This document shows, piece by piece, positions 55,901-64,000 of a stretch of 64,000 nt of DNA; positions within the stretch are counted from its first letter, which is position 1, and every line of letters begins with the position of its first letter. The stretch spans positions 1,152,001 through 1,216,000 of the forward strand of contig OZ223209.1 in the NCBI GenBank assembly GCA_965140415.1, written 5' to 3'. The notes beneath the pieces were generated by a model. The model ran no database searches and was not told the DNA's origin. It saw only the letters and a program-made list of their open reading frames with translations. A program made the position numbers and the translations under genes. The DNA is from Myxococcota bacterium. Its GTDB lineage: Bacteria > Myxococcota_A > SURF-8.

Positions 55901-57596
55901 TTCCGATGTCACGCTTGAAGTAAAGGGCCCGATTCAGCATCTCCTTACAAGCCTCGATGGAATCCTTGCTTCGGCGCTACAAGATCTGCCTAACTTCGTA
56001 GATCACGCCGATCCGCTGGACTGGCCGATGCGTTCCGGTTTTGCCGTGATCGGCGAAAAGACCTCTGTAACTACCTTGCTGCCAATAGGGTCTATTACTC
56101 GCCAAAATATGGTGGAAATGTATCAGGCAGAGCACGTGATGACCTTGTATCACGAAGCGCTACATACCTTGCTTGTCATGTCCGAGTTCGACCCCTTACG
56201 CGAATTGCTTAAGCATTACAGCAACGGCACCTTCGGCTCCAATATCGAATATGAGAATAGGACACCGATTTTGGAAGAGATCATGTCGGATTGTTTGTTG
56301 GCGGAGAGGGTGTTTTTCCCTGAGCTGGGCGATCTCCTGAGCGACCCGAACGAAGAACAGAAAAATGATCGCGCCAACCGTTTCAAAGAAAGCAATCGTC
56401 ACTTTTTACGCTGGCTTTCGTTCAATTTCCTGCAAATCGGTACGTCTTCCGATCCGACCCTGCAAGAGTTGGAAAAGGATTTTTATCGCCGTGCCCGTTT
56501 CTTTGCCCGTTTGATTTTCGCCATGAATCTCGACGAAGAAGACCAGTTGGACCTCGCCGATAAGGACTATTTCAAGACCTGGGAAGAACGTTTTCATAGC
56601 CCGATGCGCATGGCAAACTATTTCCTCCCGAAACTTTCCGGTTTCAAGGATGAGTTGAGTGCGCACATTCCGCCCAGTGCCCTCTCAGAAGAGACTCTGA
56701 AGAACAAGAATGGTGTGGGTTGGAAGTTTTGGGTTCTGTTGCATCAGAAGTTCCAACACCTGGTTCTTGCGCCGGAAGGCTTGTTGAAACTCGAATACGA
56801 GCATCAGGTCCAGCTATTCGAGAAATTAAAAGAGAATTTCGACATCGAACAGGATATTGCATCTCAGGACGAGCATTTAAGAAAGAAATTCGAAACTCGG
56901 CTGGAAAAGATCAAGTGTCTGTTGCAAAATTTTGTGAACAAGGCGCACGACGATCTACCTCCCCCCATGCTGCATTTCCTATTGACGATGAAGTATTTGC
57001 TATGGGGATTTCGGAGCTACGACACCCACGAAAACCTGCCTTTGGTCGGTGCGGATAGATGGGAAACCCTTAGCAAAGAAGATTTTATCGATTACCGCCA
57101 AAATCGCCTGGCCGCCTTCACTCTCGATCCGATCCGTGACCCCGACTATCTTGGTCCCCTTGACGGCTCTCCCTCCATAAAGGATATCGATTGTCAATTT
57201 AGTCGAGGATATGGTTTCATCAGTAAGGTGTTCTCTCAATACCTGGAACATCTCTTCGATCCACCTATAAATAAAGGTGAAAATAAAGATTGGCCGCGAA
57301 CCCCTTTCAAGCGTTTGGGTCGCGCGGAAACAGACTGCTCCCCTGAATTTGAGGAAGGCGATCCGCCCCTGTTGGCCGATCCGGCTGGCGGCTCTTTTAC
57401 GCCTGACTTCGAGTATCGCCGCCTTTATTTTGGCGCTGGCGAGGTTTGCATGTTTTCGCTTTGGGATTATGGTTTATTTGCTCGCCGCCGGAAATTGTTG
57501 AACCTTTTATTGCGCCCCTTCGTTAAAGCTCAATCAGGAGATTACAAGGAGTTTTTGGGAGAAGACAAAAAGGTCGAGGAGGTGAGGGAAGTATAA
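52932..57596 (+). CDS. Very large uncharacterised protein (about 1554 aa) with an HExxH...E zinc-metallopeptidase-like motif
   Basis: Long uninterrupted ORF. LYHEALH (HEALH at 56151-56165) and EEIMSD about 37 aa later. No signal peptide. Start chosen from the GAGGT RBS. Confidence 0.7.
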   Translation: MAPSNDLNRCRLKDYGLMMSFHATPPDRIFSIFDELKDHYARFRDPLFLTCKEYEEKSKRPRTKDFKEKKREFEKFFYHPFFAFLFGPFDAMSMALVDHYELSMFLHPPSSSSLQVAFHAVPQNFPSKSQIKVFSEQCPALAGFDPRLREKHITETVKSVFVSPLSMFGNELFPTQDFTEHLISKLQAHGLLKKELPGLPEKYPLNKQVHYMLHTVFKPIPYPELSKPKPPSDSQLGKLFDLMQSADFIEPGSSLALYKDVVTAVYVKSIDDLKNEKRNEPIHRQRKRLANEMPLIAIVKIKLNAVLLLTFGASLVRRINRAMRALLHTYRDEDDGSLRYNPLECDLKVKVTALEPMGWSELSLCLISNNYEDLAAAILRIREAKLSDLIIEPDPEATGKEAENESILKQAAYQLKEPWFPTDLSSFPLLRLFHGDRNKAEILFSTFLLEALANPAFADLASGGFRHEYPHVYARRTTSDEPLYQDAPLGLYFRELCHLFGVPDKDGKHDNPNLRGEIESAIKDYLAQSKTNPPKSLLSFLRPVFERPTMDDPPSPHDWEDNEKKNLEREQRNYLGRCYHAVLSRILAHFDELPPFLANETWKQHLAGYDKTVEDIIKEMHLAVDSNAKDINLISITHSFFGVGRTFMETLRDFCFQRGDFEDLNSKDEAKRAQAEQAKTELLASLDNINGFVLPSIGFNARPGKLNALYNKLNELAYDLININAATDENSSFNDKPHLRRLLNDLKNQPIPVPEDFGEGKYILVEPGKTDMNLQFSWFKESSKDWIFNPRAPIPTRLFLLLLMASMTTLAKQEDSEASPASVPKNYRAFALEIYRQRSSLGVLVETKKTPVTFMDPKKRADETKNVMNPNFQLLELLRLGELYDLYLKSNIRKLGIPKHLKNELRLMLGVYDSIITDPIQFDAILELGPSLVRSLKYIQECMDTKTPGKKILLESKKQEKLIEDIEFSLRRLRDGFSNRYSSSFALTELSDVTLEVKGPIQHLLTSLDGILASALQDLPNFVDHADPLDWPMRSGFAVIGEKTSVTTLLPIGSITRQNMVEMYQAEHVMTLYHEALHTLLVMSEFDPLRELLKHYSNGTFGSNIEYENRTPILEEIMSDCLLAERVFFPELGDLLSDPNEEQKNDRANRFKESNRHFLRWLSFNFLQIGTSSDPTLQELEKDFYRRARFFARLIFAMNLDEEDQLDLADKDYFKTWEERFHSPMRMANYFLPKLSGFKDELSAHIPPSALSEETLKNKNGVGWKFWVLLHQKFQHLVLAPEGLLKLEYEHQVQLFEKLKENFDIEQDIASQDEHLRKKFETRLEKIKCLLQNFVNKAHDDLPPPMLHFLLTMKYLLWGFRSYDTHENLPLVGADRWETLSKEDFIDYRQNRLAAFTLDPIRDPDYLGPLDGSPSIKDIDCQFSRGYGFISKVFSQYLEHLFDPPINKGENKDWPRTPFKRLGRAETDCSPEFEEGDPPLLADPAGGSFTPDFEYRRLYFGAGEVCMFSLWDYGLFARRRKLLNLLLRPFVKAQSGDYKEFLGEDKKVEEVREV

Positions 57597-60500
57597 TGCC
57601 TGTCGACTTCACCCAACTATTAGCTGATTTCAAGCCCGAATTTGTTGAAACCTTGGATCGTCTTCGATCCCAGGAAGAACAACCCATTTTTTCCAAATTC
57701 AATGTCAATAAAACCAAACTGGACTCCCACTACGATACTGGGACCGAAGAATACACACAGAAAAAGAAGCAACTGGAAGATACAAAAGAAAAGGAAATGA
57801 AAAGTGTTGAAAAAGATTACGATCTCTTGCTCCGCGAATACGATCGAATCTCCTCTCTTTCCTACCGACAGGAATCGCATGCAAGCGAGCAGATTATATT
57901 TCCCTATAAACTCCTCATTTTATCGTATCACTTGATGCTTGACTACGAGTTGAATAGGACCGTCTTCGGCCTCCCAATGCGCGATTTTCTCGGAAGAAGA
58001 GCCCGAGCAATTCTATGGCGGATTCTTAATCCGCCTCTGGGTATGACCTCGATTCCGCAGCGCCTGTATTTTTCCTGTTGGTGGCTTATTTTTTACAGTT
58101 ACGCCTCTTCCGGTAATGCCCTGGGACTGTTTCAAGCCCGCCGAATTATGCTTAAGACTCTATTGCTTTACTCTAAAACAGTGGGCGTCTCGCGTCATAC
58201 CGTTAACGTATTTTGCTGCATAGTGGATCTAAATCTAGTCATGCAAGCAAGAAAAGATCAGAAACTCAAAAAGCCGATTTCCCACACTGATCCTCATTAT
58301 GATAAATTAAACAGCTTAGTCAACCTCCTTAGCGAAGATCCCTCCTCTAAATACCTGCAACGCGAACTTTCTACTCTTATTTCTGAAGCGAATGACCTAT
58401 TGTTTTCTTTTAAGTTAGAAAATCCATCTCAGGATTTCGAAGTATTTTCCATCGATATCGATTTACAAACCTGTCTCAATAGTCTGAGATTATTGGATAT
58501 CAAGGCTATACCTCTTTATCAGGATCTCTACTACGAATTACAATCTTTTTCCAAAATCGGCAGTAATGACAACCTCTCAATTTTCGAGAATATGTTCAGT
58601 CGTTATGCCAATGAACTTCTTGCGGATAAATTCGCTCCTTGCAACTTTATCCAAAAACTCGGCGCAAGGAAAATTATCGAATCCTTGTTAAGAGGACATT
58701 TCGATGAAACCTGCCCACTCAATGCTAGATCGATGCGCAGCAGATTTTCTCGGACTAAGATTCCGCAGGAAAGTCCACAAACACCTTTACAAGTCGTGGT
58801 GATAAACTCCCACACTAACATACACTCCTATCCCTCTTCATTTCTCACCAACTTATTCTTATATATTGAAGAAAAATACGAAGACTACGATGCTTCGAAT
58901 ATTGACACCTACCTCCGCTATCTGGTTGCGGAAATCGCCGAATCTTGCCTGAGATATGAATTGGAACTTGCGGCGGAGTTGATGACGCTGGCCCGCCTTC
59001 ATTTTATCTACCTGGAAAAGAGCAAAAAGAACATTCCTTCCGGTTTTAAACATCTGGGTAAATTTCTCGTAAAAATTGCTCCTGGCAAAGATAAGCGGTC
59101 CAACAGCGAGGTCAAAGCGAAGTTTCAGGAATACTTGAGTTCCCTTTCCTGGCCGACTGGAATGCGCCATTTCCTGCTTTCCTTGTTTCCTTCGAGTGGC
59201 GTCGGTGCGGATCACCTGGCCCTTTTAAACCAACCTCGAGGTCTTACGGATTCGGACGACGAAATTCGCATTCACTGTCTTCGTCGTTGGGGTTCGGATA
59301 CATCCCTGTTTACTTGGAACCGCGAAAAGGAACAGAACTGGGGGGGCGGATTCTTTATTTATGCCGGCAAGGACAGAGGAGTTGCGGTTGATCCCGGTCT
59401 GGATTTTCTTGATCTATTTTATATGTACACACCCTATCGCTTTTCGAACATCTCCAGCTACCTGATTACTCATACCCATATCGATCATGCCGGAGAATTC
59501 GAGAAAATGTTCTCGATCAGTGTGAAATATGCAGAACTGGCTAACAATATCCTAAAACCGTTGCAGATCATTTCCTCCAGGGATCGTGGCCATTATATAG
59601 AATGGATGAGTTGGACTAAAGAGGAGTGCCGACGCTGGCAGAGGATCAGAAAACTGAAGAACCCTAGTTGTTGTCCCATTATCGAAAAAAAGGATCAGGG
59701 GTTGCCTGAGTTGTTCAAGCAACGCTGTACAAGTGACAATGAAATTTGTCCTCGCCAGTTTCCTTTTATAAACAAATTGGTTGTAGTAAAAAAGACGATC
59801 GACGAAACAAGTGCAACCGAAGATACAGTGAGTATTCCTCTTACAGACACGAGTCAGATCGATCGTAATCAATGGGCAAAAGTGGTTCCCTTTAAGGCCG
59901 AGCATTATGAATGGCCACTTTCTAAACTCTTTCCAAAGTCTCATAAATACGACAGCAACTCATCCTATCCGAAGAAACGTCGCTCGTATGAGTTTCCTCC
60001 TAAATACTGGACCCCAGATACACCCTCGGATTACAGTGTTGGCTATAAACTAAGCATTAACCCCCCCGCCTCGCAAATGGATTCCTGGTACAATATCCTA
60101 ATTACTGGCGATTTCAGCTACAATCAGGTCAGTGAATTTAAGAAATCAGTGAATTCGGGGCGATTGAATCTCACCGATACGCATGTGATGATTGCCAACA
60201 TCAGTTCGGTCAAATCCAGCGAGTTGGATGAACACAACGGCGATCGTAATGGGGGCAACCATCTGGGACTTTGCGGGTTGATTGACATTGTAGAAATTGT
60301 GAAACCGAAGGTGCTGGTGATCACAGAAATAAATCGGGAACAGTCATTCAAAGATCTTCGCTGCAATCTGCTTGATCTGATCAAGTATCGTCTTAATATT
60401 AAGATGGGGGACGAAGCTCCACCGGTTTTCTTGAGTGAGCTTGGTTTGACCTTCATTTTGCGCGATGGAAAAATCCTGGTGGAATGCGCCTGCTCCTCAC

Positions 60501-60847
60501 TCGCTGATGAGGCACGCGAAATCTATCCTAACCCAGTTACAGTTGAGCAAGTTAAATTCAACTCTTCCGAGCATTACAACAAAAATGGTGAGCTCGCTGT
60601 TTTGTGTGAAAAATGCAAGCCTCTATTCTCAACACCAGAGGACCAGCCACCTCAAGGTGGTGTAACAATCACTCCTCCTCCTCCTCCGGCAACTTCCCGT
60701 TCAATGGACATTCCCGCGGCCACCAGACAAAATAAAAAATGGGGTTCATCTCCTTCCTCCCCCACTCTCCCAGAAACAAACATAGAGGTTCCCTCTCAAA
60801 TTAACTTGGAAGATAAAAAAGATTCTGATCCAAAAACTGTGACCTGA
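57596..60847 (+). CDS. MBL-fold metallo-hydrolase with a long helical N-terminal region
   Basis: GGGFFI...AVDPG, ITHTHIDH (HxHxDH), AEH, ITGDF and NHLG motifs. TAATG overlap with the upstream gene. Confidence 0.82.
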   Translation: MPVDFTQLLADFKPEFVETLDRLRSQEEQPIFSKFNVNKTKLDSHYDTGTEEYTQKKKQLEDTKEKEMKSVEKDYDLLLREYDRISSLSYRQESHASEQIIFPYKLLILSYHLMLDYELNRTVFGLPMRDFLGRRARAILWRILNPPLGMTSIPQRLYFSCWWLIFYSYASSGNALGLFQARRIMLKTLLLYSKTVGVSRHTVNVFCCIVDLNLVMQARKDQKLKKPISHTDPHYDKLNSLVNLLSEDPSSKYLQRELSTLISEANDLLFSFKLENPSQDFEVFSIDIDLQTCLNSLRLLDIKAIPLYQDLYYELQSFSKIGSNDNLSIFENMFSRYANELLADKFAPCNFIQKLGARKIIESLLRGHFDETCPLNARSMRSRFSRTKIPQESPQTPLQVVVINSHTNIHSYPSSFLTNLFLYIEEKYEDYDASNIDTYLRYLVAEIAESCLRYELELAAELMTLARLHFIYLEKSKKNIPSGFKHLGKFLVKIAPGKDKRSNSEVKAKFQEYLSSLSWPTGMRHFLLSLFPSSGVGADHLALLNQPRGLTDSDDEIRIHCLRRWGSDTSLFTWNREKEQNWGGGFFIYAGKDRGVAVDPGLDFLDLFYMYTPYRFSNISSYLITHTHIDHAGEFEKMFSISVKYAELANNILKPLQIISSRDRGHYIEWMSWTKEECRRWQRIRKLKNPSCCPIIEKKDQGLPELFKQRCTSDNEICPRQFPFINKLVVVKKTIDETSATEDTVSIPLTDTSQIDRNQWAKVVPFKAEHYEWPLSKLFPKSHKYDSNSSYPKKRRSYEFPPKYWTPDTPSDYSVGYKLSINPPASQMDSWYNILITGDFSYNQVSEFKKSVNSGRLNLTDTHVMIANISSVKSSELDEHNGDRNGGNHLGLCGLIDIVEIVKPKVLVITEINREQSFKDLRCNLLDLIKYRLNIKMGDEAPPVFLSELGLTFILRDGKILVECACSSLADEAREIYPNPVTVEQVKFNSSEHYNKNGELAVLCEKCKPLFSTPEDQPPQGGVTITPPPPPATSRSMDIPAATRQNKKWGSSPSSPTLPETNIEVPSQINLEDKKDSDPKTVT

Positions 60848-60848
60848 C

Positions 60849-60921
60849 TGACCTGCCCCCCTAACGAGAATCCAGTAATGATGCTTTGCTCCCCTGACCT
60901 GACCCCGATAGTGACGCCAGT
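60849..60921. mobile_element. Two tandem orphan IS3-family-like terminal repeats
   Basis: TGACCTGCCCCCCTAACGAGAATCCAGT (60849-60876) and TGACCTGACCCCGATAGTGACGCCAGT (60895-60921). No matching transposase is attached. Confidence 0.5.
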
Positions 60922-60971
60922 CATTGTGGTAGGCCCGGATCAGCCGATTGACTTTGGAGACCCCAGATATC

Positions 60972-62375
60972 CGTGCGTCCCGAAAACTCCGTCCAAGCTG
61001 AAATCACTTGCCTTTTCGTGATCATTCCGTAAAGCTGTTTTGCATGAAACTCTTGCTGATTATCACGATGTTGGCCGCCCTGAACCTCTTCCTATTCGGT
61101 TACGTCCACCGGAAACTGATTCTGCTCGTCGCCTTGCAACGTCAACAGCTCGTTGTTTACAAGCGGAAGATCAAACGACCGAGGCTCAAAGAACGGGACC
61201 GTCAATTCTGGATACTTCTTTCAAAGATCTGGTCGGAGTGGAAAGAGCACCTGGTCATTGTCAAACCGGAAACGGTCATCCTATGGCGTCGCCGGAAATT
61301 CAAGGACTACTGGCGGAAACTGTCAAGAGCAGACAGGAAAATAGGACGACCGCCCATCACCAAGGAACACATCGCCTTCATCAAACAGATTTCCGCTGAC
61401 CACCCAGGCTACAGTGGCAAACGCATCGCCGGGATGTTGAACACGTTGTTTGGTGTAAATCACGCCCCAAGCACCGTAGATCGCTACCGAGTGAAGCTGA
61501 CGAAACCGCCTCTTGGAAATCAGCAGTGGAGCACCTTTTTAAAAAACCATGCTTCCGCTATCTGGTCCTTTGATTTCTGTGTCCAGTTCACCTTCTTCTT
61601 TGCCCGAGTTTATATCCTGATCATCATCGAATTGGAAAGTCGACGGATTGTCCATCTCGCTGTGACACTGCACCCAACCCTGGCCTGGCTCAAGCAACAG
61701 ATCCGCAACGCCACCTGGGATAATTGCCCGAAGTTTCTGATCCATGACAACGACGGCATCTTCGGCCAACTGGGAAAGCCAGTGGCCGTTCAATTCAATG
61801 GCAAATCGGTTTCCTGCCGCTCGTCGTTGGATTATTGGCTGGTCACCATCATGGGCATCCGGGGAATTCCGACCCCGTTCCAAGCGCCCAATGCCAACGC
61901 CCATTGCGAGCGCGTCGTGGGCACGCTACGCCGGGAGTGCCTGGAGCACATGCTCTTTCTCAACGAATGGCATCTGATGCGGGTGCTGCGGGAATACAAA
62001 GACTATTACAACCACGAGCGTTACCATCAAGGCATCAAGCGGATTCCAAACCCAGCCGATGACATTGCCGATAGCCGGAAACTTGAGGGCAAAGGCAAGC
62101 TGGTTCCCAAGCCGATCCTGAACGGACTGCTCCACAGCTATCGGCTGGCGGCTTGACGTTTTAGCTGGTGATCTTAGAATGGGTCTCGGATTGAAACCTA
62201 TGGACAGGTCCATCCAATACTCGCCATTTACACGTTTCAATGAACAATTCGGTCATAGTGGGAGGGGAGTTCATGTCCCGCGCCGCCGAATTCCTTCTCC
62301 TCCAGACTCGCAAAGTGTTTTCTCATCGGGCGATCATCGCCAAATCATGTCCGGATGGAGTTTTCGGGTTGCACG
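60972..62375 (+). mobile_element. Insertion sequence with 23-bp terminal inverted repeats
   Basis: CGTGCGTCCCGAAAACTCCGTCC (60972-60994) versus GGATGGAGTTTTCGGGTTGCACG (62353-62375), 20/23 complementary. No target duplication visible. Confidence 0.85.
61044..62156 (+). CDS. DDE transposase (integrase core domain)
   Basis: VKPETVILW, WSFDF, LIHDNDGIF, PNANAHCERVVGTLRRECL and YYNHERYHQG motifs. Confidence 0.92.
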   Translation: MKLLLIITMLAALNLFLFGYVHRKLILLVALQRQQLVVYKRKIKRPRLKERDRQFWILLSKIWSEWKEHLVIVKPETVILWRRRKFKDYWRKLSRADRKIGRPPITKEHIAFIKQISADHPGYSGKRIAGMLNTLFGVNHAPSTVDRYRVKLTKPPLGNQQWSTFLKNHASAIWSFDFCVQFTFFFARVYILIIIELESRRIVHLAVTLHPTLAWLKQQIRNATWDNCPKFLIHDNDGIFGQLGKPVAVQFNGKSVSCRSSLDYWLVTIMGIRGIPTPFQAPNANAHCERVVGTLRRECLEHMLFLNEWHLMRVLREYKDYYNHERYHQGIKRIPNPADDIADSRKLEGKGKLVPKPILNGLLHSYRLAA

Positions 62376-62604
62376 AGTTGCGAATCAGTCCCTTTTTAAC
62401 TATGAAAAGAACGGTATCAACAGTCTTTTTCTCAAGCCAATAGAGCATGAGATCAATTGCAATTTTTGTTTTTCCGAGTCCTTGCTCGTGAAAGATTGCA
62501 GCGTACTCAAGTTCGCGGACAGCCTGAACAGCCTCGCTTTGGTAGGAAAACGCCTGATGTTTTGCATCAAGTCTAGGTTCTTTTTTCAGCTTAATCTTAG
62601 GCAT
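62376..62604 (-). pseudogene. SNF2/SF2 helicase 5' fragment truncated by the IS
   Basis: Q-motif FSYQSEAV and Walker A HEQGLGKT. The helicase-like sequence ends at the IS right inverted repeat. Confidence 0.8.
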
Positions 62605-62627
62605 AATTCCTCAACCTGCATTTCTGT

Positions 62628-63038
62628 CTAGCAAGGGAGGTTGGCAATTACATCAATTGATACCGAACTAGAATTGGTTTCAATTTGAAGACGCTTGGTT
62701 AAAGCTCTCGCAAACCTGCTCATTGGCCATGGAACTGCAAATACAAAAACAGAGTTTCCACATGTGGAACCATATTTTAAGAAAGCTCTGATTTGTTCCA
62801 CCGAATGAGGTCTTTCAACGTCCCCTATTGTTTTGGCTTCACCAATAACAGTTAAGCCATTTGGTGCTGTTGCAGTGAAAACGTCTGGAACGTACCCGTT
62901 AATTTTAGGAGGTTTACTTGAAACGTTCATCGTAGGGTGATCGATTAATAAAAACCCTTTGTCTCCATTCAAATACGTCTTGGTAACCCAAGCCACTAAA
63001 TCTTCCACAAGTGTAACATGAGCCGCTGATTCTGCCAT
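62628..63038 (-). CDS. Small PD-(D/E)xK nuclease-like protein
   Basis: YVPDVF...TVIGEAKT motif. TAATG-coupled to the ParB-like gene. Confidence 0.6.
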   Translation of the reverse strand: MAESAAHVTLVEDLVAWVTKTYLNGDKGFLLIDHPTMNVSSKPPKINGYVPDVFTATAPNGLTVIGEAKTIGDVERPHSVEQIRAFLKYGSTCGNSVFVFAVPWPMSRFARALTKRLQIETNSSSVSIDVIANLPC

Positions 63039-64000
63039 TATTCTTCCGAATCAAAGCCGATATCTTTACAGAGGTCGCTAAGGGCATCTCTGGCATCACA
63101 AACCACGGAGACTTCTGGTGTGTCTTTCCTACTCCGAAGTTTCTGAAGATCAATATATTGAATTCCACTTATTCGCTTGCTAAGCTCTCTTGCCAGTTGC
63201 TCCAGTGTTGCATCCTGCAGGGCAGATTCTGGATTTGGCACATCCAAAGCCTTTATTGCTTCTTGGGCGCCATGTTTTAGAAAAATGGCCTTGGCTTTTT
63301 CATTCTGTAAGATTTGGGGTAGTTTACGAACAGTATTTAAAGGGAATATTTTTTGAGTATTGACCCATTCTGCGAAATCCTTTTTTGTGTAATTTGCTAA
63401 AAGAAGTGCATTGACTACTCGCGGACGCTGAAGCTCGACAAATGCACTAAAACGCGAGGGATCAAAATCTTGGTCGCTATCAAGCAGGGGTCTGTAGTTA
63501 GACTCCATGTCGTTGTAAGCTTCAATATAATTTTGTACTTCCCGTTTATCTCCACCACAAAAGTCCACTAGTTGAGAAAAAGTAAGATGCTCATTGTTTC
63601 TAAGAAGATTCAGATATTTCGCTTTTGAATAGGGATCCCATTCTCGTGTCCCAACCAAGTGAGCCTGCAATCGTATCGCATCAATTGAATCTGTGGGTAG
63701 CTCATCATGGACCATAGATGGGATCTTGTCCCAAGGTCCTTTGGGATCACTCGCTTTCAGCTCTCGATAAATGTGCGTCCTTGTGTTCCCTTCGATTACA
63801 ACAAGCTTTCCATCGCTCTCTCTATTCACAATAATTGGGTGGATAATTCCACAATTTGTTTGAATTGACTGTTTTAAACTTTGGTAGCTTGGACCTCCCA
63901 CATCATCTTGCCCTCCACCTGAGCGCAAGGCCAATTCAATCTGTGCGGAAGTTGGTGCTCCTTCATATATTTCAAGCCATTTGGCGATCCTTGGATTCTG
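63038..64000 (-). CDS. ParB/Srx N-terminal-domain protein; 5' end outside the window
   Basis: The frame stays open to 64000 (QNPRIAKW...). GIIHPIIV...VVIEGNTR and WDPYSKAKY motifs. Confidence 0.8.
   Translation of the reverse strand, partial: QNPRIAKWLEIYEGAPTSAQIELALRSGGGQDDVGGPSYQSLKQSIQTNCGIIHPIIVNRESDGKLVVIEGNTRTHIYRELKASDPKGPWDKIPSMVHDELPTDSIDAIRLQAHLVGTREWDPYSKAKYLNLLRNNEHLTFSQLVDFCGGDKREVQNYIEAYNDMESNYRPLLDSDQDFDPSRFSAFVELQRPRVVNALLLANYTKKDFAEWVNTQKIFPLNTVRKLPQILQNEKAKAIFLKHGAQEAIKALDVPNPESALQDATLEQLARELSKRISGIQYIDLQKLRSRKDTPEVSVVCDARDALSDLCKDIGFDSEE

Overview
Bacterial genomic window, probably from a Deltaproteobacteria/Myxococcota-like lineage (inferred from the Cys-rich and Asp-rich secreted proteins; not verifiable here). 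It has three blocks. (1) About 1-12.1 kb is the right part of a GC-rich integrative, phage-related element. It carries small leftward genes, an AEP primase/Fe-S/helicase fusion followed by an iteron-like origin, small and large terminase genes with no portal or capsid gene after them, and a DUF2924 + large serine recombinase module. (2) About 12.2-38.5 kb is a mostly co-directional cluster of predicted lipoprotein hydrolases: SGNH, GH3, two GH50-like, GH92, GH5, GH84, two ceramidase-like, an Ntn acylase and one unknown. Each has an acidic 'DGD' linker after the lipobox. The block also encodes a PIG-L deacetylase, a G1PDH-like enzyme, a 2-hydroxyacyl-CoA dehydratase pair and a TetR regulator. 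(3) About 38.5-64 kb is a mosaic accessory region that starts at tmRNA-3'-end-like att remnants. It holds a decayed type I RM/M48 remnant, a very large multi-GAF sigma54 activator divergent from a sigma54 promoter and an M23/Cys-repeat lipoprotein, and a second primase-helicase. It also holds a coupled two-gene operon (about 1550-aa HExxH protein + about 1080-aa MBL-fold hydrolase, my best candidate for an undescribed defence system), IS scars, and a ParB/nuclease/SNF2 operon cut by an IS. I found no rRNA, intact tRNA or CRISPR array. All family calls come from motif recognition by eye; no database search was run.
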